DNA from: the human T2T-CHM13v2.0 reference genome, Homo sapiens
Length of the DNA: 64,000 bases
Strand: one strand, 5' to 3'
NCBI RefSeq assembly: GCF_009914755.1
Contig: NC_060945.1
The position numbers and the translations under genes were made by a program. A model generated the notes under the pieces. The model worked only from the letters and a program-made list of their open reading frames with translations. It had not been told where the DNA came from and searched no databases. Each line of letters opens with the position of its first letter. Position 1 is the first letter of the stretch. Positions 29,790 to 42,484 of the stretch are shown piece after piece.

Positions 29790-31432
29790 TTATCCATGCT
29801 CATGGATAAGAAGAATCAATATCATGAAAATGGCCATACTGCCAAAAGTAATTTATAGATTCAATGCTATTCCCATCAAGCTACCATTGACTTTCTTCAC
29901 AGAATTAGAAAAAACTACTTTAAATTTCATATGGAACCAAAAAAGAGCCTGCATAGCCAAGACAATCCTCAGCAAAAAGAACAAAGCTGGAGGCAGCATG
30001 CTACCTGACTTCAAACTACACTACAAAGCTACAGTAACCAAAACAGCTTGGTGCTGGTACCAAAACAGATACATAGACCAAGGGAACAGAACAGAGGCCT
30101 AAGAAATAACACCACACATCTACAACCATTGAAACTTTGACTAACCAGACAAAAACAAGCCATGGGGAAAGGATTCCCTATTTAATACATGCTGATGGAA
30201 AAACTAGCTAGCCGTCTGCAGAAAACTGAAACTGGACCTTATACAAAAATTAACTTACATCTTATACAAAAATTAACTCAAGATAGATCAAAGATTTAAG
30301 TGTAAGACCTAAAACCAAAAAACCCTAGAAGAAAACCTAGGCAATACCATTCAGGACATAGGCATTGCCAAAAACCTTATGATGAAAATACCAAAAGGAA
30401 TGGCAACAAAAGCCAAAATTGACAAATGGGATCTAATTAAACTAAAGAGCTTCTGCACAGCAAAAGAAACTACCATCAGAGTGAACAGGCAACCTACAGA
30501 ATGGGAGAAAAATTTTGAAATCTATCTTTCTGACAAAGGGCTAATATCCAGAATCTATAAGGAACTTAAACAAATTTACAAGAAAAAAACAAACAACTCC
30601 ATCAGAAATTGGGCAAAGGATATGAACAGACACATCTCAAAAGAAGACATTTATGCAGCCACCAAACACATGAGAAAAAGCTCATCATCACTGGTCATTA
30701 GAGAAATGCAAATCAAAACCACAATGAGACACCATCTCACATCAGTTAGAATGGCGATCATTAAAAAGTCAGGAAACAACAGATTCTGGAGAGAATGTGG
30801 AGAAATAGAAATGGTTTTACACTGTTGGTGGGAGTGTAAATTAGTTCAACCATTGTGGAAGACAGTGTGGTGATTCCTCAAAAATCTAGAACTAGAAATA
30901 ACATTTGACCCTGAAATCACATTACTGGGTATATACCCAAAGATTATAAATCATTCTACTATAAAGACACATGCACACGTATCTTTATTGCAGCACTATT
31001 CACAATAGCAAAGATTTAGAACCAACCCAAGTGCCCATCAATGATAGACTGGACTAAGAAAATGTGGCATATGTACACCATGGGATACTATGCAGCCATA
31101 AAAAGAATGAGTTTATGTCCTTTGCAGGGACATGGATGAAGCTGGAAACCATCATTCTCAGCAAACTAACACAGGAACAGAAAACCAAACACCGCATGTT
31201 GTCACTCATAAGTGGGAGTTGAACAATGAGAATATATGGGCACAGGGAGGGGAACATCACACACTGGGGCCTGTCTGGGGGTTGGGGGCAATGGAAAGGA
31301 TAGCATTAGGTGAAATACGTAATGTAGATGGTGGGTTGATGGGTGCAGAAAACCACCATGGCACATGTACACCTATGTAACAAATCTGCATGTTCTGCAC
31401 ATGTATCTTAGAACTTAAGCATAACAAAAAAA
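29790..31432 (+). mobile_element. 5'-truncated L1PA (L1PA7-like)
   Basis: ORF2 remnants in ORFs 29755..30102 and 30379..30873; 3'UTR; short A tail. Confidence 0.95.
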
Positions 31433-33260
31433 TATATTTCTGGGCAGAGGAAAAATACTTTGAAATTTACATTTAATCCAGTAAAATTTCAGTGCATTAA
31501 ATTAAAGCTTGTAATATAATAATGATAATAACAGACAGCATTTAAAGAGCACCTCTTGTGGATAATCAAGTTATTGAGAAATTATGTGTGTTATCTCTGG
31601 GATAAAGATTGCTGCATCCTTATATTCTTGTGTATAAACAGACCCTGTATATGTAAAAAAAGGAAAGAGAAAAGTATTTTTAAATGCACTAATTTGTAAT
31701 TACCACATAAACTATTACTCATGGAAGATTAGTTATTTGTTGTCAGTACTTTTTTTTTCCCTTTCAAAAATGTATTCAGATTTTACTATGGCCTAATATG
31801 TAATAAATGTATATTTCCTGTGTGTCCCATTGGGGCTTTCAAAGAAAACATATCTCTTTTAGAAAACATTTTTCACATAGAGATATTATGCATCATATTC
31901 AAAACCTTTGTAGATATCTTTCTTGAATTATTTTATGAGTCAAAGTTTATATTTCAGAAATATTTCTTTATTTTTTCCAGTAAAGGAGAAATCATTAATA
32001 AAGAGGCAAATTTATTAACACTATTACCTGAATTTTTTAGAATGATAACAAATAAATTTAGTAAATATTGCTGATTTATTAGCAGATAAAGTCATTCTGC
32101 TCCAAGAGCATGACAGCTAAACTTCCACTAGCTCATTTATACTCTGTGGAAATATGATTTACTGCCATATGAGAGAAATTAAATTCTATTATTTTAATTC
32201 TGTATTTTGTATCATAAAAGAGAAACCAGATATGGAATACAGAATATGCATATATGGAATAAAACAATGGGGAATAAATAAGATTTAGTTCAAGAAATAA
32301 AGAGATCATGTATTCAAACACACCAGTGAGTTCTTTAAAAAGGAAATCTTTTATGTTCTAATTAAAGTAGCAAACTTCACAACTTGAGTTTTTCAGCTCA
32401 TTTGTTTCCTGACTTCTTTATTCCAAGTTAAATACTCCTAAGGTGGGTCATATAATTCAGTGACCTTTAAAGTAAAATTGAAATATTTAATTTTACTACT
32501 TTTCTTTATCTCTTTTTCTCTCACCACATGCAGCTTATAAATGCCAATAGAATTAATTGCCTAATTATAAGGAATAAAAACATTGCCTTTTGAAGGATTT
32601 CAAATTTATGTATCCTGCTGTGGAGATTTTGCTTGACTACCTGACCTATACAGTCTGTGCTTCTTAAGGAAAGAAAATAAGTGGACTACTTTCGAACACA
32701 TTTTGAACTTGGTAATGAATGCTACGATACTGCTCTGCTCTATAATCTTAGGTTATTTTATATTTTAAGGGCTTCACCTGGAGCCATTTTACTGTTAACC
32801 ATAACTATTATATATACTCTTTAATAAGCTCCATTATATTTTTTTTTACTTTTTTCCTTATACAATTTAGTAATATGGCAGAAAAGCAGGTAATAAGGAA
32901 AATACTAATCATCATTAGTTTACAACACATTGACACACATTTTCCAGCAAGAAAATTCGATTAACAGGTAGCACGAAAAAAAGCTGCCTACCTGGATAAC
33001 TCATATAACACTTTACACTATATCTCTCAGAAAAAAATTACCATATTCAATATGCTTCATATTTATTTTCTTAATAACCACATTTTTAATAACCTCATTT
33101 TCTCTGGGAATTTTGGGTTTCAGGTACATATAGCATCTTCATGCCAATTTTATAAGGTCATACCTTAATCACTAGTTGCAAAAGTAGGGATATAAAGGCA
33201 AGAATTCTAGATTAGAAAGTGATATATGTGATTTTACAGGAAGACAGAAGAAAGGGAGAA

Positions 33261-33658
33261 TTTGTGAATACTATGTGAAAGAAGAATAAACCCATGAGCC
33301 AAACTTAATTTGGATATTAAAGCTGATTATATCACACATACACCAAGAGAGTATGAAAAGATTTATTTCTCACATAATGAGACTTTCTGGACAGATCATG
33401 GCAAGCTCAAAAACAGTTCTGAAAATGGCCTAAGATAATATGGAGGGATGAGTAGCTTGCCTGTTATTTTACTTGGAGTTGGGAGTTGTGCATCTGGGAT
33501 GAAGTTTACATGGTTTGAACTTTCCACTGGCACTGAGGTAAAGATCTAAGATATATAACTGGCTTGCCAAGATGTAGAACAAAACAGAAGGGCGGGTGGT
33601 AAAGCATAAAAACTATTAACAATAAGGCAATAAAAATCAATCCAGACTCTTTATTATA
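33261..33658 (-). mobile_element. ERVL LTR (MER74-like)
   Basis: CACCAAGAGAGTATGAAAAGATTTATTTCTCACATAATGAG; ends CAGACTCTTTATTATA. Confidence 0.75.
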
Positions 33659-33812
33659 ACTCACTCCAATGTTTGACTGAGGAGTAAAATGTGCTATGAT
33701 TTATTTAATTGCATTTGAAGTTGTTATAGTAAGCCATTATGGTTACCTATGAGGCTCACAGCATGAGAACGGTAAGGAAATAAAACTTCCATTGAATACC
33801 TTCGTCAGCAGA

Positions 33813-34362
33813 TGTGATGGTTAATTTTATTTGTCAATTTAATTGGTTGATGGGATGTTCCAGTGTTTGCTTAAACACTATTCTGGGTGTTTCCATGAGG
33901 GTATTTGGGATGCAATTAACATTTATATCAGTAGACTGAGTAGAGCAGATTTTCTGCCGTATTGTAGTTGGAACTTACCTAATCAGTTGGAAATCTAAAT
34001 AAAACAAAAAGTCTGAATCACCCTAAAGTAAGAGAGAATCTTGCTACCTGACACTTTTTGAACTGTGACATTGGCTTCTTTTCCTGACTTCAGACTCAAA
34101 CTGAAAGATCAGCTTTTTCTGATTTTTAAGCCTGCCAGCCTTTGGACTGGAACTACTTCATTTGTTCTCCTGAGTCTCCAGTTTTGTGACTTGCCCTGTA
34201 AACCTTGGGACCTGCTAGCCTCCATGAACTTCCATGATATTACTAATTTCCTTAATAAATCTCATTCATTCTCTCTCTCTCTCTCTCCCTCTCTTAGTTC
34301 TGTTTTTTTTTTGTTTTGATTTGTTTTGTTTTGTTTTTTCCTGGAAAACTCTAACTAGTACA
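33813..34362 (+). mobile_element. MLT2 (C/D-like) solo LTR
   Basis: TGTGATGGTTAATTTTAT start; CAGTAGACTGAGTAGAGCAGATT; end CTGGAAAACTCTAACTAGTACA. Confidence 0.9.
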
Positions 34363-34853
34363 TGAGCCCAGCATTGTGTATTTTGTGAAGTAAAATGTGT
34401 TCCTTGCTCACAATTGCTCACAATCAATTGCTCACTATTATTAATGTGTAGAACCGTGAAGGGGTAAGGAATAATTTGGTAAAGATTTGTATTGTGGCAT
34501 CATTATGTAAAAAGACTTGCAACCCTGGTTATATAGTGGGTACTTGTAATTCACAAAATTTCAGAGTTATTTTTTCCAAACAGGAGGATGTTGGACATGA
34601 AAATTTTGTTGCTAGCATTGGCCTGCCCAAATGGCCAGACCATTGTCCACAGATAAATATTCCGCAAAATTATGCAGATATGGCTGATTCTTGGACAGAG
34701 CATTTATTGTTAAGATTACTGCATGATGTTTGGCCAGTTGCACTGAGCCTTGGGTCTCATTCTTGATCAGGGACATTCTGTTGAAGCAACAGAAAGTGGC
34801 TGTTATGCAGTGGGCTCTATTATGTGTAATGGCAGTGCTTCCATCCATCATGG

Positions 34854-35149
34854 TATATTAATGGACTCACAGTTCCACATGGCTGGGGAGGTCTCACAAT
34901 CACGGTGGAAATCAAAGGAGGAGCAAAGGCACGTCTTACATGGTGGCAGGCAAGAGAGAGTGTGCAGGGGAGCTGCACTTTATAAAATGATCAGATCTAG
35001 TGAGACTTATTCACTATCACAAGAATACCATGGGAAAAACCCACCTCCATGATTCAATTATCTCCCACCAGTACCCCCATGAAACGTGGGGATTATGGGA
35101 ACTACAATTCAAGAAAAGAAGTGGATGGGGACACAGCCTAACCATATCA
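34854..35149 (-). mobile_element. THE1 solo LTR with U5-side deletion
   Basis: GGACTCACAGTTCCACATGGCTGGGGAGG...AACCATATCA; 5-bp TSD CATGG at 34849-34853 and 35150-35154. Confidence 0.93.
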
Positions 35150-36269
35150 CATGGGTAGTCTGGAACCTCTAAAAGACATAAGAAGAGGTTGCCAAAGCTT
35201 CTACAGTGAACAATCTTTGGGGGGCACTAACTTAAGTCTCTGTTGTATTGCAATACTGATAGATTCTAGAGTCTTTTGTTGTAGGGTGACCCATTCAGGG
35301 TAAGTCAATTTGTGAGCAACAACATAAATGAGCTTAAATAAATGTAAATAAGGAATATGTTTCTTTCAGAATCCAAAAGGTCGAAAAGATGTTGAATTTG
35401 TTTTAACATTGTGGGTGATGACAGAATGAACAACTGTTTCTTTATAATGTCAGGAACGGAGCACCCTCTAGTTAAATGATAGTGAGAAATTTTACTGAGG
35501 TAGTGAGGCCTTTTGCTTTGTGTGAGTAAGTAGTCCACTAATTTTGATGAGCTCTGTTGTGACTGTTTGGTTGTCCTGAATGAATGTGTAAATAGACTCT
35601 CCTAGGAGGATGACATCAATATAATGTCATACATATGTTCCTAGAAAAATTTTAATGTGATTAAGGTCTTACCTACAAAGGCTGTGTGCAACAGTAAATC
35701 TGTTGCGATGCCCCTGGGTTGCTGCATAAGGATGTATTGTCTTTTTGAAGGTGAAGAAAAACTGCAGCTAAGAAGCTGTTGAAATAGGCAATGAAAGGAA
35801 TTTACTAGCTAAATCTGTGACTGCAAAGTACTTACCCGTTTCTGATTGGATTGAATGGAGTCAGTAATTTAAGTAATATCGGGTATAGAAGACTTAATGG
35901 GTGAGATTATGACATTAAGGTTGCAATAATCCATCATTAAGTGTTATTCATTATTTCCAGTTTTAAGAATAGACCAAATACAGTTATTAAATAAAGAGAA
36001 ACTGTGGGGGATAATTACCTCTTCTCCAAATAGTTCTTGTATAATGTGTTTTGATCTTCGAAGGCTCTGTTTAACTTTGTATGTGGCCACATTAAGTATT
36101 TTGACCAGAGGGGAAAACCCATGAGGTCCAATTCTGTGAAGCTGATTGTAAGTGCCAAACATTTGATTTTATTTTAATGTATTATTTATGGGGTCACATC
36201 ATCCATGCACACTATGGAATATTTTAGTGCAAAGCAGGAGCTTATAAGTAGGTCTGTCTCATTCTCTTG

Positions 36270-36571
36270 ATATTGGTTGTTGGCAAATGCAGATCCAAAT
36301 TCAGGCCTGCATGTGCGAACCCTCACTCTGATTCCTCTCCCTAACTATAAGAAAAGTCAAGCCGCTGGCTGCACCCCCATCCCAACCTGCGCTATCTCAA
36401 ACTGTTTTCTTCCTGCTTAAGAACTAGCCATGTTCATCCCACAAAGCCTCATTATGCGAGTAATAAACTGCTTCATACCCTCTTGATGTCTGTGTATGGT
36501 ATTATCAGCTTCGACAACTTGACTAAATGTTTGGTTGGGTGTACATTCTTATTGCACAGATCAACCACAAA
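36270..36571 (+). mobile_element. Partial ERVL LTR (MER74-like), opposite orientation to the 33261 LTR
   Basis: AAAGCCTCATTATGCGAGTAATAAACTGCTTCATACCCTCTTG aligns to the reverse complement of 33340-33385. Confidence 0.75.
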
Positions 36572-37899
36572 AAGAAACCATTTTCGTCTGATGTAGTCAT
36601 GAAAATTTTTACAGAATAATTTAAATTTGAAGGAGACTGACAGGTAAAAGGATTTGCATAAGCTCAAATGAGAAATGGGAAAATTCAGTGCAGGTTATGT
36701 GGACCATCATATATACTGGTTTGTCAAGTTGAAAAATATTTAATGTGCACTAGATTCTGGTACATTAATTGATGTTGGAGTATATTTTTACTTATTCATT
36801 GTTTTCTCATGTATTTCTTTTCTTTGTGTTTCTCTCCTTTCCCATAGACAACAAATAGGGTTATTCTATGTTCATTACTTCAAGGATGATCACAGAAATA
36901 TTTTTTCCCCTGGAGCTCTAAGAGTAGATATCCTTAAGGAAATAAACAAGTTTAAACAAATGGTTTGCTAACATATGGTTTGATTAGGTTTGGCCTTCCC
37001 TTCCCCAAATAAAAAGAAAAGAAACATAATATATAGATACAGATATAGAAGTATAGATATTTCTAGGGCAGGAGAAGAGAACAGAAGGAATGACAAGTTT
37101 AAATTTATCGAATCATATACGGAGGAAAAATATATGCTGCTTCTAGTCTTGGCTTGAGTGAAATGGTAGTACTCAAAAGAAATTTGCAAAATTGGAGAGA
37201 AGAAGAACCCTGAACAGTTCAGGAAGTCTAATAAAGAAAGGCTGTATATTCGATCGAAGCAGACACATATTTAAACAAACTTCAGTGACTCTCATGCTTT
37301 AGTGAGACATTGGACCTGCAGTTCACACACTAAAATGAGGCACGGAGATTGCCACTGGACCAGAAGGGTACATCTTCTTGGGAATCAGGGTTATCTTAGC
37401 AGCAATATACATAGACTAATAACTGAGACTCAAGAAGAAAAATCGAAATATCTTTGTTGAAAAATGCAATCAGATATCTGAGACTGTGGGCTTGTCCACA
37501 TTGATGCCTTGGCAGTAAATACGCCACCTAGAACTAATTCCAACTCAAGGACAGATGCTGGCAACATGGAATTTCAAACCTACTCCGAGTGTTCTGACAC
37601 TCACATAGAATAAAAACTTGAGTTAGGAAAAACTAGAGAAAATTATATTGTTTCACTTTTTAAAAATTACTATGTCAATTAAAATTTATATACTATATTT
37701 AGATGAAATAAGGTTGACAGTAATGTGGAACCCTAGCTATGAAGGACTCATATCAGATTACAGCAATTAGTCTTTATTTTCTACAGAAGATTTTGAGTTT
37801 GGGATTTTGTTATAAAATCAGTCCTTAAGGAAAATTAATCTAGTTTTTTGCACTTTGCAATAAGAGGACATTTAGAAAATATAAATTACAGTTAATTTC

Positions 37900-38450
37900 T
37901 CTAATGCAGTTATGAGATAAAAATTGCCCCAGATTATGTTGTTGGATACACATGATAGACAGGAACATATAAACAAAATGACAAAATATTAAAACTTGAT
38001 TATAAATTTACTATAAAGGCCAATAAGAAGAAAGGAAGTACTTGAAGTTGTAGTTCTGGTGACTGGAAAGACAGAACCAATGGATTACAGAATCAAATCA
38101 AGAGGTTTGATTGAGAAAACAAGACAATGCCAATTTGGATTATACAAGTTTCTATGTTATCTAGAAGGCAAACTGAAAAGTAGTTGAAAATATACAAATA
38201 GAATGCACAAGTTATCTTGAGATGGATTTAGGCTTTTCTAATAGAGATTAAGAAAGGCCCAATAAGCAGTGCATCAAAATGCTTCAAACATAAAAAGATG
38301 CCAATTTGGAAAGGTTTTACCTTCTCATTTGTAGGCAGCATATTAATGGCAAATAAATAGAAAGTAAGGGGGAGAAAAATGGAAGCAAGATGCTTGGAAG
38401 GAAAAGGGATTAAAGTATATGAACAGAATGCTCTTTGAAAACCAAGCAGG
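37900..38450 (-). mobile_element. Diverged L2 fragment(s)
   Basis: Purine-rich antisense L2-like sequence (CAATTTGGATTATACAAGTTT). Confidence 0.35.
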
Positions 38451-38994
38451 AATCCAGGCGTGAGGAAACCATTTATCACATACATTAATATTGGTATTGT
38501 ATGATTTTTCATTGCTAAATTTATAATACTTTAGTTCATGATACTCTAATTTGTAGTAGAATGTGTTAAATACACTGAATAAGAGAACACCTTAATAGTG
38601 TTCTAAGGGGTCAGAACACGCACAATCAGACATTAGTATACATTCGAACTTCTTCATATTTTCTATTCATCTTGTTTTTCCTATTTGGGGCCTTAAATTC
38701 TGCTTTCCAGGCTGTCTTTTCTTGATCAATTTCTTCATTGCACTGTAAGAAAATACTATTAAAAGCTAAGCATTAATAGGCCTTAACTTTTGAAAACACT
38801 TAATATTTAGAGACCCAAGCATGTCGTTCAGAAAAAAGAAAACAAGTTACAAATGCAAAGCATTGCAGGAATATCTATTTTTCTGAGTAACTCAAGTACC
38901 TCTATACCTTGTTTATAAATTAAAATAATGTTTCACTGAACTGTACTTTGCTGTTTTAGAAATATTTTCTCGAAGAAATTGAAAAATAACTCTG

Positions 38995-39212
38995 ACCTTT
39001 ACTGCGTAGACCTGTGGGAACTGAGGCTCACAGAATCAGCACAACATATTGTTGTGGTTGCTGGCTTTTATCATGGCTAATGAACAGTCCTTGTCTTTTA
39101 AGGAAGGGTCCTGTGTTTTCTGTCAGTGTATGTTGTATACGAAACGGTGGTAGGTGAGCTTGCTAGCTTGAAAGTCTTGTCAAATCACTGACTTCAGGCT
39201 TCTAACTTAACC
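38995..39212 (+). mobile_element. 3' part of an ERV1-class LTR related to 3350-4206
   Basis: GTGTTTTCTGTCAGTG...GTAGGTGAGCTTGCTAGCTTGAAAGT resembles 4095-4190. Confidence 0.5.
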
Positions 39213-39264
39213 ACTACACTAAAGGTCTTACTTTTGATGTGAGAATGTTGGTAAGACATAAAAA

Positions 39265-39405
39265 TTAATTAATATATATTTAGTATAATATATAGTATAC
39301 TAATATTAAATATCTATATATTTAATATATATTTAGTATACTATATATAATATATAATATATATATTTAGTATATACGGATATGTGTATATTTAATATAT
39401 ATACA
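39265..39405. repeat. (TA)-rich palindromic low-complexity tract
   Basis: Arms 39288-39303 and 39333-39348 are exact reverse complements. Confidence 0.9.
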
Positions 39406-39409
39406 ATTA

Positions 39410-39555
39410 AAGGCAGGGTCTTGCTTTGCCATCCAGGCTGGAATGCAGTGGTGTCAACCTATCTCCTTTTAGCCTTGAACTCCTGTGTTCCAGCAATACT
39501 CCCAACTCAGCCTGCTGAACATGTGCATACCACCACATCCAGCTACTTTCTAAAA
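39410..39555 (-). mobile_element. Old Alu right monomer (FRAM/AluJ fragment)
   Basis: CAGGGTCTTGCT...CCAGGCTGGAATGCAGTGG...AGCCTTGAACTCCTG. Confidence 0.8.
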
Positions 39556-40262
39556 GTTTTGATTAATAAAAATATTTTAACATTAGGACATCCAACTTTC
39601 GAAGTAGTTCAATAAGCATTTTATTTTGATACCCACTCCAAATTAAATTCTATATGATGGTTTAGATTATGCATTAATGAGCAGATCACTCTTTATCCAT
39701 AAAATCATCAATATAATTGAAATCAGTTTTATCACATATAACCCATAGAAAAATTGAATGTCAATGTTTTAATAAAAGCAGAATGTAACCAATGACTTCA
39801 GCCACTTTCTATTTTCCGGTAAGTGCTAAAAAGAAAATTGTATGAATTTTAAGAGCCATATAACTTTTTAAAAAACATTTGTAATGTTATTCAAATGCCC
39901 ACCAAGGCTTCCTGCATGCTTAATCTACTGACTTCTAAAGAGGTTTTCCAGAATTATTAAGTACAATGATCTGAATAAAAATTTAGAAGATAAAATGTAT
40001 AACCAAATATAATCTCTTTGTCATATTTATTTTAGAAACATAATAAATGTGGGGTTTTCTGCAAAAAATGTACCTTATTAGATTGTGATAAATGGAAATC
40101 AGATGTAAATTATTTTTTTCTGTTGTGTTAGTTGTACCTGAATCCAGCTGTACACATCTGCTCATTGACATAATCTCCGAGGAAGTTTTGGTGAATCAGG
40201 TTAGTTCCTAAGATTAACACAACAGGAAACGGCCATCACCTCTTAATTAAAAGTTTGCACTG

Positions 40263-40912
<650 letters not shown>

Positions 40913-41480
40913 TACCAAGTGAGATAATTTTGTTTTTTCAGTAGTGACCATCACTTCTGTATGTCTCTACTATACTAATCCTCTTCATCCCTACTCAGTT
41001 TTCTTTGCTCTTCTACTAATTACATTTTGAATTCCAGCATAGTTTTATCGATTTTCTCATTAGTCCTATAATTCTAAAATCAAAATATTCCATGAAAGAG
41101 GAAAAGGAGCTTCAAAAGGGTGAAGCCTGATAAAGCACACTATATATCTAAGCTCCTGAAAAGAGTAAGCACATGTTTTTTTATTTTTTATTGTCTAATA
41201 CAGTTTTCATTATCTGCATTTACCTTTTTATATAATTTCAACTTTTATTTTAGATTCAGGGGGTACATATGCAGGTTTGTTACATAAGTATATTCCATGA
41301 TGCTGAGGTTTGGGGTATAATTGATCCAGTCACTGAGGTACTGAGCATAGTACCCAATAGTTTTTCAACCCTTGCCTTCATTCCTCCCACTTCCCTTAGT
41401 AGTCCCCAGTATCCATCATCGACGTCTTTATGTCCATGACTGCCAAATATTTAGTTCCCACTGCTAAATAAGAATATGCA

Positions 41481-41785
41481 GGCCAGGCGTGGTGGCTCGC
41501 GCCTGTAATCCCAGCACTTTGGGAGGCCGAGGTGGTGGATCACGAGGTCAAGAGATCGAGACCGTCCTGGCCAATATGGTGAAACCCTGTCTCTACTAAA
41601 AATACAAAAATTAGCGGGGCATGGTGGCAGGCGTCTGTAGTCCCAGCTACTCGGGAGGCTGAGGCAGGAGAATCACTTGACCCAGGAGGAGGAGGGTGCA
41701 GTGAGCCGAGATCACGCCACTGCACTGCAGCCTGGTGACAGAGCGACACTCCATCTAAAAATAAAAAGTAAAAAATAAAAAAAAC
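41481..41785 (+). mobile_element. AluSc
   Basis: GAGGTCAAGAGATCGAGACC diagnostic; TSD AGAATATGCA. Confidence 0.95.
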
Positions 41786-42178
41786 AGAATATGCAGTATT
41801 TGGTTTTCTGTTCCCTTGTTAACTTGCTTAGATGATGGCCTCCAGCAGCATCCATGTTGCTGCAAAGAACATGATTTTATTATTTTTTGTGTCTGCATTG
41901 TATTCTGTGGCATGTATGTATCACATTTTCTTTATTCAGTCCACCACTGATGGGCACCTAGGTTGATTCCATGTCTTTGCCATTGTGAATAGTGCTGCAA
42001 CAAATATAAGCGTGCATGTATCTTTTTGATAGAGCAATTTATTTTCTTTTGAATATTTATCCAATAATGGGAGCAGCAGACATCAGCCCTGGGAAATAAT
42101 TTATGATTAATTCCTCAAAAGCAATTGTAACAACAACTACAAATGACAAGTAAGACCTAATTAAACTAAAGAGCTTCT

Positions 42179-42484
42179 GGCTGAGCATGGTGGTTCACAC
42201 CCTGTAATCCCAGCACTTCGGGAGTCCAAGGCGGGCAGATGACTTGAGGTCAGGAGTTTGAGACCAGCCTGGCCAACATGGTGAAACTCTGTCTCTACTG
42301 AAAAATACAAAAATTATCCAGGCGTGGTGATGTGCAACTGCAGTCCAGCTACTTGGGAGTCTGAGGCATGAGAATCTCCTGAACGTGTGAGCCGAGATCC
42401 TGCTATTGCACTCCAGCCTGGGGGACAGAGTGAGACTTCATCACAAAACAAAACAAAACAAAACAAAACAAAACAAAACAAAAA
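42179..42484 (+). mobile_element. AluS with (CAAAA)n tail
   Basis: Full dimer inside the inverted L1 segment. Confidence 0.93.

Larger units (their letters stand above)
33659..36250 (-). pseudogene. Decayed ERVL pol (protease C-terminus, RT, RNase H), interrupted by MLT2 and THE1
   Basis: Minus strand: RNase H DGS...GSVQLA...NGLAIWAGQ (ORF 34612..34851); RT motif HYIDVILL at 35603-35626; PTMLKQIQHL (ORF 35305..35538); protease-like YSIVCMD near 36200. Confidence 0.8.

Noticed and set aside
34612-35626. Domesticated retroviral pol gene
   Set aside because: The RT catalytic motif is mutated (YIDV), there are many stops and frameshifts, and two LTR insertions interrupt it.
37209-37223. CCTGAAC-A-GTTCAGG short inverted repeat
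   Set aside because: 7-bp arms are expected by chance in 64 kb.
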